Positions 21,410 to 32,154 of a stretch of DNA of 64,000 bases are shown one piece after another (positions within the stretch are counted from its first letter, which is position 1; each line of letters begins with the position of its first letter). The notes below the pieces were generated by a model. It saw only the letters and a list, made by a program, of their open reading frames with translations. It was not told the origin of the DNA and made no database searches. The position numbers were made by a program, and so were the translations under genes. Location of the stretch: NCBI GenBank assembly GCA_937625935.1, contig OW569381.1, forward strand, positions 62,001 through 126,000. Direction: 5' to 3'. The stretch is from Tetramitus jugosus. Lineage: Eukaryota > Protista > Heterolobosea.

Positions 21410-23068
21410 ATGTCCTCACAGGGTTCAGTTCTGTTGTTCTTGTTATTACTAACACTCTCACTTCTTTTGCTCTGTACAGATGCCAAGAGTAGTGCCATCG
21501 TTGGAGGATCCAATGGACCTGATACCATTGGTTTCATCACACAAGGTACTTCACTACCGGATGACACTCGATTCGTCATCAGTGGCAAGGACAACCAATT
21601 GTACATGACGGGTACTTTTAGCTCCAGTATCACTCTCGGATCTTATCACTTTACATCCAATGGTGATACCGATATTGTGCTGGCAAAGATGAACTCTACC
21701 AGTGGACAAGTCATTTGGGCAAAGACCTTTGGTAATGCTAATAACGACCTTGCAAGTGATGTTGCATGTAGTTCAATCAACAAGTATTGCTATTTGACTG
21801 GTTCGTTCAACGGTACTCTCCTGTTCAGTCCAAGCATGGCGATTACCAGTGAGTCTCCCAGCAGCAACGATGCATTCATTATCAAAGTCGATTCTACAAA
21901 TGGAAATGTGATTTGGGTGCTTAGAGCCACTCAGTTGTATTCTCCAATGCTCTTTCTCGATCCAAAGAGCGACGCGTTGACATTGCTGGGAAAAGCAAAG
22001 CCTTCGCTGAGTTTCTTCAATGTGGATGGTACCAAAATAGCTGGTTTGACAATCAGCAATGATTTCGAAGGTTGTTTAACACGAATTGTTACCAGTGGTG
22101 CCGGTGGTGTATCATGGGTACGTAGCATCATCTCTGATGCAAACACTTTGAGTTACTTCTCCTTCTCAGGTCATAATGGAACAACATTGTACATCACTGG
22201 AAGTTTCAATGGTGAAATGGTGATAGACGGAACACAGAATTTGGTTTCCAAGGGATATGATGCATTCCTGCTCAAGCATGATGCCAGTACCGGTGTATTG
22301 CATTGGGCTGTCACAGGCGGTGGCTCAAGTAACGACGAGTCTGCAGTTATTTCCATCGATTCCAATGGATACCCTTACATCACAGGATATGCAGTCTACG
22401 ACAATATCACATTTGGTAATTGCCAATTGCCTGGTGTTTCCGGGTCAGTAACCATGTTTACTGTCAAGTATAATCCTGAGAATGGTAACTGCATCTGGTT
22501 GTCCAGTCCTAAATCAGTTGGAGATTCAGTGTTCCCTTATGGTGCAGTTGTAACCAAGGATTCTCTGTATGTGACTGGTCAGTTCTCTATCTCTTTGGAT
22601 CTCGGAGGTTCACTTCAACTCACCGCTGAAAGTGCTCTGTTCATTGCGAAGATGAATCTCGAAAATGGAACTTTTTCATGGGCTCTCTCCGCTGGTGCTT
22701 CTTCAGACAACTATGGTTCTCAACTAAGTGTTGGGTATGATAACACGTTGTACGCTGTTGGATACATCGGAGCGAATGCGACCGTCGGAGAGTATACACT
22801 GCCCAAGACTACCACCTATTTGTTCAGCGCACTAGTATCGCCTTACTGCAATGGAACTAAGGCCAATGATCCATCAGTATGTTCTGGCAATGGTGTCTGC
22901 AAAGCAACCAATACTTGTGTGTGTCACAACAACACTGAATTTTCAAGTGACAAGTACTGTGCCAAGATTGAAGTATCTGAGACGAGTGTCAGTGGTTCAG
23001 ACAGAGTTGCTTTACCAAGTTTGGTCTTGAGCTCCTTCATCTTGTTCCTTCTTCCTCTGTTCCTCTAA
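21410..23068 (+). CDS. Secreted or GPI-anchored beta-propeller (SBBP-like repeats) plus EGF protein
   Basis: Signal peptide; repeated Y(M/L/I/V)TG.F...DAF..K...G...W units; CNGTKANDPSVCSGNGVC EGF; hydrophobic C-terminus. Confidence 0.75.
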   Translation: MSSQGSVLLFLLLLTLSLLLLCTDAKSSAIVGGSNGPDTIGFITQGTSLPDDTRFVISGKDNQLYMTGTFSSSITLGSYHFTSNGDTDIVLAKMNSTSGQVIWAKTFGNANNDLASDVACSSINKYCYLTGSFNGTLLFSPSMAITSESPSSNDAFIIKVDSTNGNVIWVLRATQLYSPMLFLDPKSDALTLLGKAKPSLSFFNVDGTKIAGLTISNDFEGCLTRIVTSGAGGVSWVRSIISDANTLSYFSFSGHNGTTLYITGSFNGEMVIDGTQNLVSKGYDAFLLKHDASTGVLHWAVTGGGSSNDESAVISIDSNGYPYITGYAVYDNITFGNCQLPGVSGSVTMFTVKYNPENGNCIWLSSPKSVGDSVFPYGAVVTKDSLYVTGQFSISLDLGGSLQLTAESALFIAKMNLENGTFSWALSAGASSDNYGSQLSVGYDNTLYAVGYIGANATVGEYTLPKTTTYLFSALVSPYCNGTKANDPSVCSGNGVCKATNTCVCHNNTEFSSDKYCAKIEVSETSVSGSDRVALPSLVLSSFILFLLPLFL

Positions 23069-23147
23069 ACACGAAATTGCAACTTCAAGAAGAATAAAAT
23101 TTTCTCCGATTGAATCATCAAGCAAAGAAAATTGAACAAACGATAAA

Positions 23148-25010
23148 ATGCAAGTGCTGAGACTGGGCCGAACAGGCAACCTCAGATCACCACCATCCAT
23201 CCACGGTTCTTTGATATCGTCATCTAGACCGTTGAGTGGTTTGCTCAATGTTCATGAAAAGTCATATCTCCGCCTCTTTCACTCTTCATTCTCCACAATG
23301 TTGAGAGACGAAGCAAAGGTCATTGCCATTGTAGGAGGTGGTGCTGCAGGTCTCATGTGTGCCCTCTCTGCCCAACAAGCCGCGATCCAACAATACATGA
23401 GAAGTGAACAAAAGACGTCGCCGAAACAAAAAATTAAAATTTTCTTACTGGAGAGAAAGGAGCAATGTGGACGAAAGATTCTCATGTCAGGTGGAACTCG
23501 GTGCAACATTATGCCTCATATTAGCAAGTGGCCAACAGAGCTGTTGACTGATGAAGATTGGGCTAAAGCTGCACAGCAGAACATTGTTGAAGACAACAAG
23601 AGTAGTTCTGCTGCTGCTCATCACGTGGCTCAATCCGCGTTTGTTCCCTTTTCAAACCGCTTCTTCTCACAGCAACCAGAGCTATTGAAGCGAATTTTGC
23701 GGCATTGGCCCATTGTAGATCAGAAACAGTTTTTTGAGCGCGAATTGGGTATTGAGTTGAGTTTGGAAGTTGATACTGGCAAGTACTTTCCAAAGTCCAA
23801 TGATGCTAGACAGGTAGTCGAAGCATTTCTTTCCAAGATTAAGTCTAATAATCAACGGTACTCTGACTTTGTCAATGTAACCATTATTAACAATGCCAAT
23901 GTCGATGCCTTGGACAGGATAGATACAAGCACTGAGAACCGGAACTCCTCGTGGAACATTAGATATCGAAGAGATGAATCCTCCGATATTTCCAAACTCA
24001 AATATTCCAATAACAAAAATTTGGCTGTTCAAGAGCTGAAGTGCGATCGACTTGTGATTGCATCAGGCGGCCTATCAGTGATTAACAAGGATGGAGCCGG
24101 AATTCAACTATTGTACAAGTTGGGACATCGTATCATACCATTGTATCCTGCTCTGACACCACTGCTTTCGCACAGCGATGTTAAGCCATTGCATAAGGAG
24201 CTATCTGGGTTGTCTTCTCAGCGAGTTAAGATAGCTGCTGTTTGGTTGAGTGATCCAGAATCGCTAGAGAAAGGTGATATGATTCATAGGTTAGTTGATG
24301 CGAATGCGTTTCTATTCACGCACAGAGGATATTCGGGACCAGCAGCATTGAACATTTCTCATCATACGATTATAGGTGGGAGCAAGCTGGATCACGTTAC
24401 ACAAGCCACTTCAGGTGATACTGGAAAAAACTCTAGCAATTATCAAGTATCGGTTGTTGTGGATGAGCAAAATGATTCCGTTGATCGGCTCATGTACCAT
24501 CAATCCGTTGCTGAGAGCTCTACTCACCAAAAGAAGTTATACATTGAAGTTAATTGGACTCCAGACATCACCTATCAAGATTGGGATCATTTGTTCACTG
24601 TTGCTCGGAACAAGGGCTCAAAACAACAAGTGAGGAACTTTGTTCACAAACACAGTAACAATAACTTCTTGCCAAGTCGGTTAATTCAACTATTGTTTGA
24701 CTCGAACCAAGAAAAGCTGGGCGATCAGATTGTTTGTCAATTAACAAAGGATCAAAAACAGAAGATTATTAATCGCATGGTTCGGTATCGTATTCCTATT
24801 TCAGGTAATGAAGGACTCAAGAAGGCGGAAGTTACTGGTGGAGGTGTAGACTTGCGAGATGTGGACACTGAGACACTGAAGAGCAACGTTCAACCAAACT
24901 TGTACATTTGTGGAGAGGCACTAGATGCATTTGGTTGTATTGGCGGATTTAATTTTTCAATTGCTTGGGTGACAGGCTCTATTGCCGGTCATTCGAGTGT
25001 GGTAGATTAA
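23148..25010 (+). CDS. HI0933/BaiN-family FAD-dependent oxidoreductase, probably mitochondrion-targeted
   Basis: IVGGGAAG, GRKILMSGGTRCN, LFTHRGYSGP, AEVTGGGV and G.IGGFNF motifs; Arg/Ser-rich presequence. Confidence 0.9.
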   Translation: MQVLRLGRTGNLRSPPSIHGSLISSSRPLSGLLNVHEKSYLRLFHSSFSTMLRDEAKVIAIVGGGAAGLMCALSAQQAAIQQYMRSEQKTSPKQKIKIFLLERKEQCGRKILMSGGTRCNIMPHISKWPTELLTDEDWAKAAQQNIVEDNKSSSAAAHHVAQSAFVPFSNRFFSQQPELLKRILRHWPIVDQKQFFERELGIELSLEVDTGKYFPKSNDARQVVEAFLSKIKSNNQRYSDFVNVTIINNANVDALDRIDTSTENRNSSWNIRYRRDESSDISKLKYSNNKNLAVQELKCDRLVIASGGLSVINKDGAGIQLLYKLGHRIIPLYPALTPLLSHSDVKPLHKELSGLSSQRVKIAAVWLSDPESLEKGDMIHRLVDANAFLFTHRGYSGPAALNISHHTIIGGSKLDHVTQATSGDTGKNSSNYQVSVVVDEQNDSVDRLMYHQSVAESSTHQKKLYIEVNWTPDITYQDWDHLFTVARNKGSKQQVRNFVHKHSNNNFLPSRLIQLLFDSNQEKLGDQIVCQLTKDQKQKIINRMVRYRIPISGNEGLKKAEVTGGGVDLRDVDTETLKSNVQPNLYICGEALDAFGCIGGFNFSIAWVTGSIAGHSSVVD

Positions 25011-25054
25011 GTAAATCAAATAACCCACAAATCATTGTTTCGACGATAAAGCTG

Positions 25055-25260
25055 TTTCGTTCTTCGAATACACATTGAATCCACTTGCTGACTTAGTAAC
25101 GATGCCGCTCTGCACCGGTATCCACCTTTCACTGGTTCAGGTCCATACGGACTCAGTTATGATGCAAATGGAGGGAAACGGATATACGATGATGCGACAA
25201 TTTGCCTTCCATCAGTCGCAAGTTGTCAAGCCATCAGTCGATATAACTCTTATCGTCGTC
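25055..25260 (-). mobile_element. Decayed, 5'-truncated 3' remnant of the tRNA-associated LINE, upstream of tRNA-Ser
   Basis: Minus strand 25248-25201 translates to SYID*WLDNLRLMEGK, matching SCIDIWFDNVRLKDGK in the 56233-56907 ORF. Ends in TCAGCAA...CAATGTGTATT plus a decayed A-rich tail, like the family 3' end. Boundaries approximate. Confidence 0.7.
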
Positions 25261-25304
25261 AAAAATTAGAATTATGCCTGTTTCAGCCCCTCCTAACACA
25301 ACAA

Positions 25305-25386
25305 GCTCATTTGGCCGAGTGGTTAAGGCGGCGCACTGCTAATGCGTTGGGTTCATCCCGCGTAGGTTCGAATCCTACAGTGGGCG
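25305..25386 (+). tRNA. tRNA-Ser(GCT)
   Basis: Acceptor GCTCATT/AGTGGGC, anticodon arm GCGCA-CTGCTAA-TGCGT, long variable arm, GGTTCGAATCC B-box, T6 terminator. Confidence 0.97.
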
Positions 25387-25694
25387 ACTTTTTTGTGACA
25401 AAAAGAAGCCAGCCACTTAAGGATTTCCGTGGTGGAGTGAGCGAACTAAAAACGATCAAATTCCAAACAATTAACATTTCATTTGTCCCGAAGGTGAGGA
25501 ATGTTCTGGATCGTATTATGAACTCTGACAGATCTACCACCATCATACTTAAGCGGTTCCAATGTGGAATCCTCTTTCTTCAATTGTCTAACTGGAAGCT
25601 TTCGTTCTCAACATTGGAAAAACCATGCAAAAAACCTTGGAATGCCGAACAACTCAATAAAAACAACCAACCACAAAACAACATTTCTCTCACC

Positions 25695-27674
25695 ATGTGG
25701 CCAACAACAACAACCATAACAACTCGAAGAACCCATAACATCAACAAATTAAAAATCACACCACCACACTATCCAACAACAACAACAACACCACTTCTCC
25801 CACTGTTACTGCTACTATTCATTTTTCATTTCATTCCGCTTGTTCAATCCTATTCACAATGTGTCGTCAATAAACCAATGAATCCCTATGCAGCTGCACT
25901 CTCAAAGTTTCGAACAAGTGTTCAATTGAGTCATGTGACTATTCCTCCTAGATCCATGCTCAATATCACTTGTCTGACAAAGAATGATTTTAGGCACAAG
26001 TATGAACTGTCTATCCAGTACGATCAACCATCGTCGCGAATCGAAGGAGCTTACATTTTGGATCAAAATTTGAATTTAATGTCGGGGAAATACTATCGGA
26101 TTGTGGGCGCTTCACCGAGCATATCTGGCTCGTTCAAGGTGAAACGGAATCGTTTCGTGGTGTTTGTTGTGTCGAATAGTGAGGATGTTCCTGTGAGTCT
26201 TGCGTTGAAGTTAAACTTTCGAACTGGGTTATCCAATTGGGCCTATGTCATGTGTTGGATCGGTGGCATTGTAGGCGCACTTGTGTTGGTAGTCAATCTA
26301 CCCAATATATTGCAAGTCGTCTTTGAACTTTGTAGACGTGTGTGGCTGCTTGTTTCTTATATTTTCAACGGTATCACGTATCTGTATCAATTTGGCAGAA
26401 ACTTGCTCTTGTCGTCCTACTCACAATTGAACGACATTGATTCAGAGTTGGGATTGCATAGTATGTTGGACGAACCACTGGAATATTCATTACAGGATTT
26501 ACCACCAGGTTGTGTCATACACATTTTGGACTATTTAACGCTGGCAGTTGAGAATCCATCCAAGTGGACTGCTCAATCGCAAAACAAACAAGTGCTGGAA
26601 CGGTACATGATGGGACAATTGTTTGGAAAATTTGTGAGGAACGATGTAGGATGTGACATCGATCGTCCATTGCTACTCTATTCAACCATTGATTTTACAT
26701 TGGTTCATCTCACATTATTATCCATTCCTCACACGCTTAGACTGAGGGAGGTAAAGAGCATGAGTATTCTCTACTGGTATAGTAAGTCTTGGTCGACGAA
26801 GTATTACAATCCGAACCTGAAAGAAGTTAGAATCACCAACTTCAGTTATCTATCGGCGGATCAAGTGCAAGAATTCATTGAAGCCGCCCAGCACTTAAAC
26901 GTGCTTGAGACATTTGTATCTACTTCAGGTGTGCTTCCATATTTACTCAACTTGAAGAAGATTTCCTGGAACTCCTTAAGCTTGGAAGACGCAACAGCAC
27001 TCGCCCACTTGCCAAACAAGCTTACCAAAATTACAATCAACAACATTGAGCCAATAGTATTTTCGATGATCACACAAATACCTTCTGTGGAATCATTTGA
27101 TTTATCAGTCAGAGACCTGCCAAAGTCAGCCTGGGATAACGTGGACTTCACCGTTGAAAAATCATTCCGATTCAGAGAAGTGTATAGCACACTCGCCCAC
27201 ACTGTTTATGTTCCACTGTATCGATACTATCTCAGAAATGTCGAATTGAGCGGAAACACGTTCTTGGCTCCTGAGTCATTTGATGACGAATCTGCACCAA
27301 ATTCTCAGTCCCATCTGAAGAGTTTGAGAGTCGAGAACGAAATGCCTGCTCAATTCTTCTACAATCTATCCCGATTTACTGATCTCAAGGAGTTGTTTAT
27401 CTCTGTAGCACCACCAATGTTTTGCTTCTTGAAACTGCTTCACGCTCTGCCCTCATTGGAAAAGCTGAAGATAGAACTGAGACCAGAAACAATTGAAAAG
27501 TATCCTAGTGTACCCTTAACGTTCAAACTTCAACGAAATGACATGTTAGAGCTACGGAACAAATGTCGTAAACTAACCTACGTCTGTTTCTTGGGTGCAG
27601 TTGAATTCTCCAACACAGGGAGCGGGTGGGAAGAAAATATTTTGGAACAGAGTCCTTTCATAAACAATGCTTGA
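25695..27674 (+). CDS. Signal peptide + TM + F-box-like/LRR-like protein
   Basis: True start must lie downstream of tRNA-Ser (ATG 25695 chosen). Hydrophobic leader, TM (AYVMCWIGGIVGALVLVV), F-box-like LQDLPPGCVIHILDYL, LxxLxx repeats. Confidence 0.6.
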   Translation: MWPTTTTITTRRTHNINKLKITPPHYPTTTTTPLLPLLLLLFIFHFIPLVQSYSQCVVNKPMNPYAAALSKFRTSVQLSHVTIPPRSMLNITCLTKNDFRHKYELSIQYDQPSSRIEGAYILDQNLNLMSGKYYRIVGASPSISGSFKVKRNRFVVFVVSNSEDVPVSLALKLNFRTGLSNWAYVMCWIGGIVGALVLVVNLPNILQVVFELCRRVWLLVSYIFNGITYLYQFGRNLLLSSYSQLNDIDSELGLHSMLDEPLEYSLQDLPPGCVIHILDYLTLAVENPSKWTAQSQNKQVLERYMMGQLFGKFVRNDVGCDIDRPLLLYSTIDFTLVHLTLLSIPHTLRLREVKSMSILYWYSKSWSTKYYNPNLKEVRITNFSYLSADQVQEFIEAAQHLNVLETFVSTSGVLPYLLNLKKISWNSLSLEDATALAHLPNKLTKITINNIEPIVFSMITQIPSVESFDLSVRDLPKSAWDNVDFTVEKSFRFREVYSTLAHTVYVPLYRYYLRNVELSGNTFLAPESFDDESAPNSQSHLKSLRVENEMPAQFFYNLSRFTDLKELFISVAPPMFCFLKLLHALPSLEKLKIELRPETIEKYPSVPLTFKLQRNDMLELRNKCRKLTYVCFLGAVEFSNTGSGWEENILEQSPFINNA

Positions 27675-27700
27675 CCCAGTTCCTGAAAAAAGTCAAAACG

Positions 27701-27773
27701 TACACCATATGGGAGTCGAACCCATGACCCCTGGATCCGAAGTCCAGTGCTCTATCCACTGAGCTAAAGGCGC
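27701..27773 (-). tRNA. tRNA-Arg(TCG)
   Basis: GCGCCTT...ATGGTGT-A; anticodon arm CTGGA-CTTCGGA-TCCAG; T arm ATGGG-TTCGACT-CCCAT; A20 present; weak acceptor stem. Confidence 0.92.
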
Positions 27774-27815
27774 TGTACATTAAAACTCCGACTAAAATTA
27801 CTAAAGTAATTTAAA

Positions 27816-27976
27816 GCGTGGTTTGACAAATTACGTTTCTGATTCAGTCGAGCAGAGAGTACCTCATGGGAATGATGGGATTAGAGAATGACGCTGTCGA
27901 CCAGGTGGCGGATGCGCTGATGAAAAATGGGATGAAACAAGAAGTAGCGCAGCGACGTGTTGTATTAAAAAAACAA
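27816..27976 (+). mobile_element. 5'-truncated LINE 3' remnant upstream of tRNA-Arg, with candidate 9-bp TSD
   Basis: Begins AWFDKLRF (compare IWFDNVRL); ends GCAGCG-ACG-TGTTGTATT-A7; flanked by TAATTTAAA at 27807-27815 and 27977-27985. Confidence 0.7.
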
Positions 27977-28080
27977 TAATTTAAAAACAATTTGCAGATC
28001 TTACATCTGGTTTGACAACCACCGGTTGTAGTAAAAAAGGTTGGTTCACATAATTTATCCATACTCATTGACCAACCAAC

Positions 28081-31000
28081 TTATTCCTTTGTTATTTTCT
28101 TTCTTCTTCTTGGCCTCATGACGGATGGTTGTTCAGATTGTTCAGATTGTTCTTCAGAATCATTCTCCCTTTTTCTTTTTGTGGACTTCTTGCCCTTTCT
28201 CTTGTCCAAAAACTTCTTGGTCTTTTCAAGCAACTCTCCAGTCATCAAATCCAATGGTGTTCGGCCATGCAAGTCAGTGAGTTCAGTGCTTGCACCAAAC
28301 TCTAACAAGTCTGGCAGAATAGCTTGCAAGGAATTCTCTGCGACATGATGCAGACAAGTTCGACCCACCTCATTTTGAGTGTTTATAAAGTTTGCAAATT
28401 CTGTCTCCTTTAGAGTGCCAATAGAAGGACGTTTTGCCTTGATGATTGTTGCTCGTCTAGGTTCCACACTACTATCAATCATGAAAAGTTGAGAAATAGA
28501 GAACATGATAGAAGGCAATTCACTACTCTCAACTTTTGAGCGCAAATTGTTGGTCAGTAAGTGTAAGAGAGTGTTTCCTGTTTTGGGATCCACAGCTTTT
28601 ACTTCACTCTCCAACAGTGGATCTCTTTCATAATGACGAACAAGCCAATTGAACATGAGACTCGCCGCTTCACACACCAACAGTTGCAATGTACTCAAAA
28701 ATGAATAAGAGTTGATTTCTCCTTTCATTTCAGATGGTGTCTGAGCCATCATTTCAAGCCATGATGGTTTTGTTTCTTTTCAGCTTCAATCATGAGGTTG
28801 ACAAACTTGCGCTCATCCTCCGCATTCATTCTGTGCCTCGACAAACAAAATCGTATGATTCGATGTAACTGATCCTTTGATGGAATAATCTTGTGCCGAA
28901 GAACAGCCACTGATGCGAAATGATAATTATCGTTCGCCAGAGCAATTTCAACCGGGCTATCGAATTGTTCGGCAAATGAACTAGTATATGGCCATAGAAC
29001 CGAAAACACGTCAAGAAGATTCGCTTCGCAAGCAAGAATGGCAGCATTTCTAGGTTTTCTTCCATCGACAACGTCATTCTCTAATGGCTGACTAATTATT
29101 TTGGATAATTCTGCCTTCTTCTTATACGTTTTCTTCAACTGATTGATGATGCACCGACATTGATCCCCACTCCGTTTTGCAGCAATGTGCAAAAGGTTAG
29201 GCTTAGTATCTTGTGATTCATCTCTGAGCAGTAAGTTGTGGGTATAAAGCATCAATGGTTCAAATATAGGATTATCAACTGCCACGTGTGTGACAACATA
29301 TAAAATGGGCAGAGGAACAAATTCAGTAGGATGTTTGCTTGTATACACTGGCTTGTTTGCAATAGCAGTCAACTTGATCGATAAATCATTCAATATCTGT
29401 AATCCTTTAGTAGCTTTGAGCAATATTTGGAGAGGACTCAAACCAGAAATATCTTTAAAATCGCCCTCTGTCAATGCTTCTGACTTTTCATGGAGCATCT
29501 CAGGATGATTCTCAAGGCATTGAAGGGCACAGTGTCTTGCAACAGGAAATGCCCCGAGTTTGCGCATATTCGTGTTGGCAATTATATTCATTTCATTTGT
29601 CAACTCTATTAAATCTCTGAATAGTATGTGCAAAGCGTTGAAACCATGCTTCATTCTCGGACTCAAGAGCTCTGACAGAGGCTTGGAAGAGCACGATGGA
29701 TTCAACATGATGAAGTTAATCAGTGGATAGTTGTAATTACAAAGAGCAGCTGTGACGACCGAGTACCCCTCATTGTTTTGAACATCGACTCGAGCACCAG
29801 AGTTGATTAACATCATACCAATCAGTTCAACAAATTGTGGTTGAGAGTAACAATCTCGGGCAAGTTTCTGTAAAAGGGATGGATTCTGTTGGATATAAAA
29901 GAGTGCATTTTCGCCCTTCTCATTCACTGAATTAGCATCAAAATCATTGTCCAGAAGCCATCGGATCGTCTCAGTTGAAAGAGTCGCCATTGAAGCATGA
30001 AGCAAATTTCCTTTTGATGTTTGATAGCTGGGCAACGATCGTTTCTGATTGAAGTAAGCACCCCTTGCTGTTTGAAGGAAATCAACAATAGCATTGCGGC
30101 TGCTAAAGGAACTTCTGACTACTTTGGACAAGAAAATCAGCTCAAGAGGCGTTTGATCGTTATTGTTCCTTGCAAATAGAAAATCTTCAGAACACTTTGC
30201 AAGAAGGTACTCCAAGGTGCTTAATTGGGTAGCAAGGCAAGCTGAGTGGATAACATTGTTACCACATTTATCCAAATGTGTGAGTGAGGCTCCTTCTTCC
30301 ACCAAATGTTTGACATCGCCACAATTATTGTCTCCCTGATCCTGTGATAATATTAACTGAATGATGGGAAGATCTCTCTGATTATCTCTTATAACTCCTT
30401 CTGAGTCTCCAAGAGATATTAACTCTGGCTTTAATGACAACAAGTACTTGATCAATTCTAAGCGCTGAAAAAAGCGAGATTTCTTCGTGGTTAGAGCCTC
30501 AACCAGAAAATTTCGAACCCCATTCACTGCTAGCTCAGGTGAATGCTCCTCGATGATTGATTTCAGAGCAGAGAACGAGTTGTTAGTTGTACACTTCGAA
30601 ATCAAGAGACTCAAGAGAGTACATGATCCATGATATCCAGGATAATCAAACGTATTATCAATATCGAGAACTAGCTCTGGATACTTCATTCTGCCTGGGT
30701 TTGTCAGCAATTTCAAGACATGGGAAACAACATTGACATGTTCCAACACAAATTTCGAAGCTGGCTTAACGTATGTAGATAACTGGTAAATGTGATTGCT
30801 CTGTGGCAAGCCAAGTAAATGATGGAAAGAGGAATACTCTCGAACAATTGCATCGATTTCTTCTTCGACAGTGCTTTCTGTGACTACTCTAGCTTGTTTA
30901 TCCATGTGCGACAAAACAATTCCTTCTTTTGTGGACATGAACTTGACGTAATCACCATACGAAACGACTTGAGGAAAATTCTCTAACGAAGTGTGACGAG

Positions 31001-31931
31001 CATCGCCTACTATTGACACCTCAAAGTTTGAGAATGACTCTTTGAGTTCTTGCCAATAGGCTTTGCTAGGTCCGTGGGTAAAAAATAAGTGCGACAAAGT
31101 TAAACTTTGTATGTCCACTTTGATTGAATCTATATGAATAGGGAACCACGCATAAGGCACCGTTATGTTCTCCCTTCCTTTTCTTGAGAAAACGGATAAA
31201 TGTTTTGAGGCGGGGCTCGACATCGGCATACCAATAATGTTAAGGTTCTTTGTCGAGCTTGGCAATGAAAGTGCAAGTATGTGAAAGTCTTCGAATACAT
31301 CCCAGCTCGTCCAACGACTACTACGATAGACTTGCTTCGTACCCAGAATATCCAACGTTTCTAGTTGAGTCAACTTTGGCAACAAACATTTCACACATGA
31401 AAGAAAATCCCCTTTGCTGAGGAAGGAACCAAATCCCAACTTTAGGTGCTTCACATTGGAAAACACATGGCCCAAGAAGTCAAATATTGGATCTCTACAA
31501 AAATACCCGAAAGACTCTTCAGTCATTCGCTGTCGCTTTCCCGTTCCACCAATTGGCTTATACTGAACAATTTGATTGTCATCCCTCATGTAATACTTTG
31601 GCTTTCCATCATCCACCAGATTCAAAAAAGTGACATTGCCATACACTTGTTCTTGAAATTCATAGAGCCATTGGGAACAAACAGATCTCAACACGAAATA
31701 ATAGGGAAAAGCCGGAACAAACGACATGATCAAATGAAAGATGTCTCTGGAAATGGGCTTATTATCCAGCATGAAAAAACCCAAAAGTTTATCTCGTTCT
31801 CTCTCTACATTCCGTTGCCAAGCTTGCTTGAAGGGAAACAACTCACAGTTATCATCATCATCATCTCTATTTTCAGTCTTTTGTGCGACAACAGAATCGT
31901 AGTTGTTGCACATGGACTCATCATCCTCCAT
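28081..31931 (-). CDS. F-box + LRR-like + ankyrin-repeat protein, probably one gene split by a 1-nt frameshift near 28777-28780
   Basis: F-box-like ISRDIFHLIMSFVP...LRSVCSQW; ankyrin repeats (GNNVIHSAC, GENALF, GRTCLHHVA, GRTPLDL). Adding one A to the GAAAAG run fuses the 28749-32075 and 28081-28752 ORFs. Confidence 0.7.
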
Positions 31932-32154
31932 TTTGTTTTGGAATTTCTGTTTTCGTGGCGATTTTTCCCCGCCCTCCTCTATTTTTTCTGAAGGAACGTC
32001 ATGATCCTTCAGACAACTTTCAGTTTTCTGCACATGAACCTGTATTCCACTCCCCAGGAAACTATTTAACCACACCGTCGGTGACGACGTCTGTCAAAGA
32101 AACAAAAGAACCAACAATAACACAACAAGTAAACCAACGAACCTTTGTGAAATT

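Noticed and set aside
25041-25258. 9-bp inverted repeat CGACGATAA/TTATCGTCG flanking the tRNA-Ser remnant, suggesting a MITE
   Set aside because: Short, no TSD seen, and the interior is LINE ORF2-like; probably chance.
25311-25694. N-terminal 128 aa of the 787-aa ORF (MAEWLRRRTANALG...)
   Set aside because: It starts at a TTG inside tRNA-Ser and reads through the tRNA, so it is an ORF-calling artefact.
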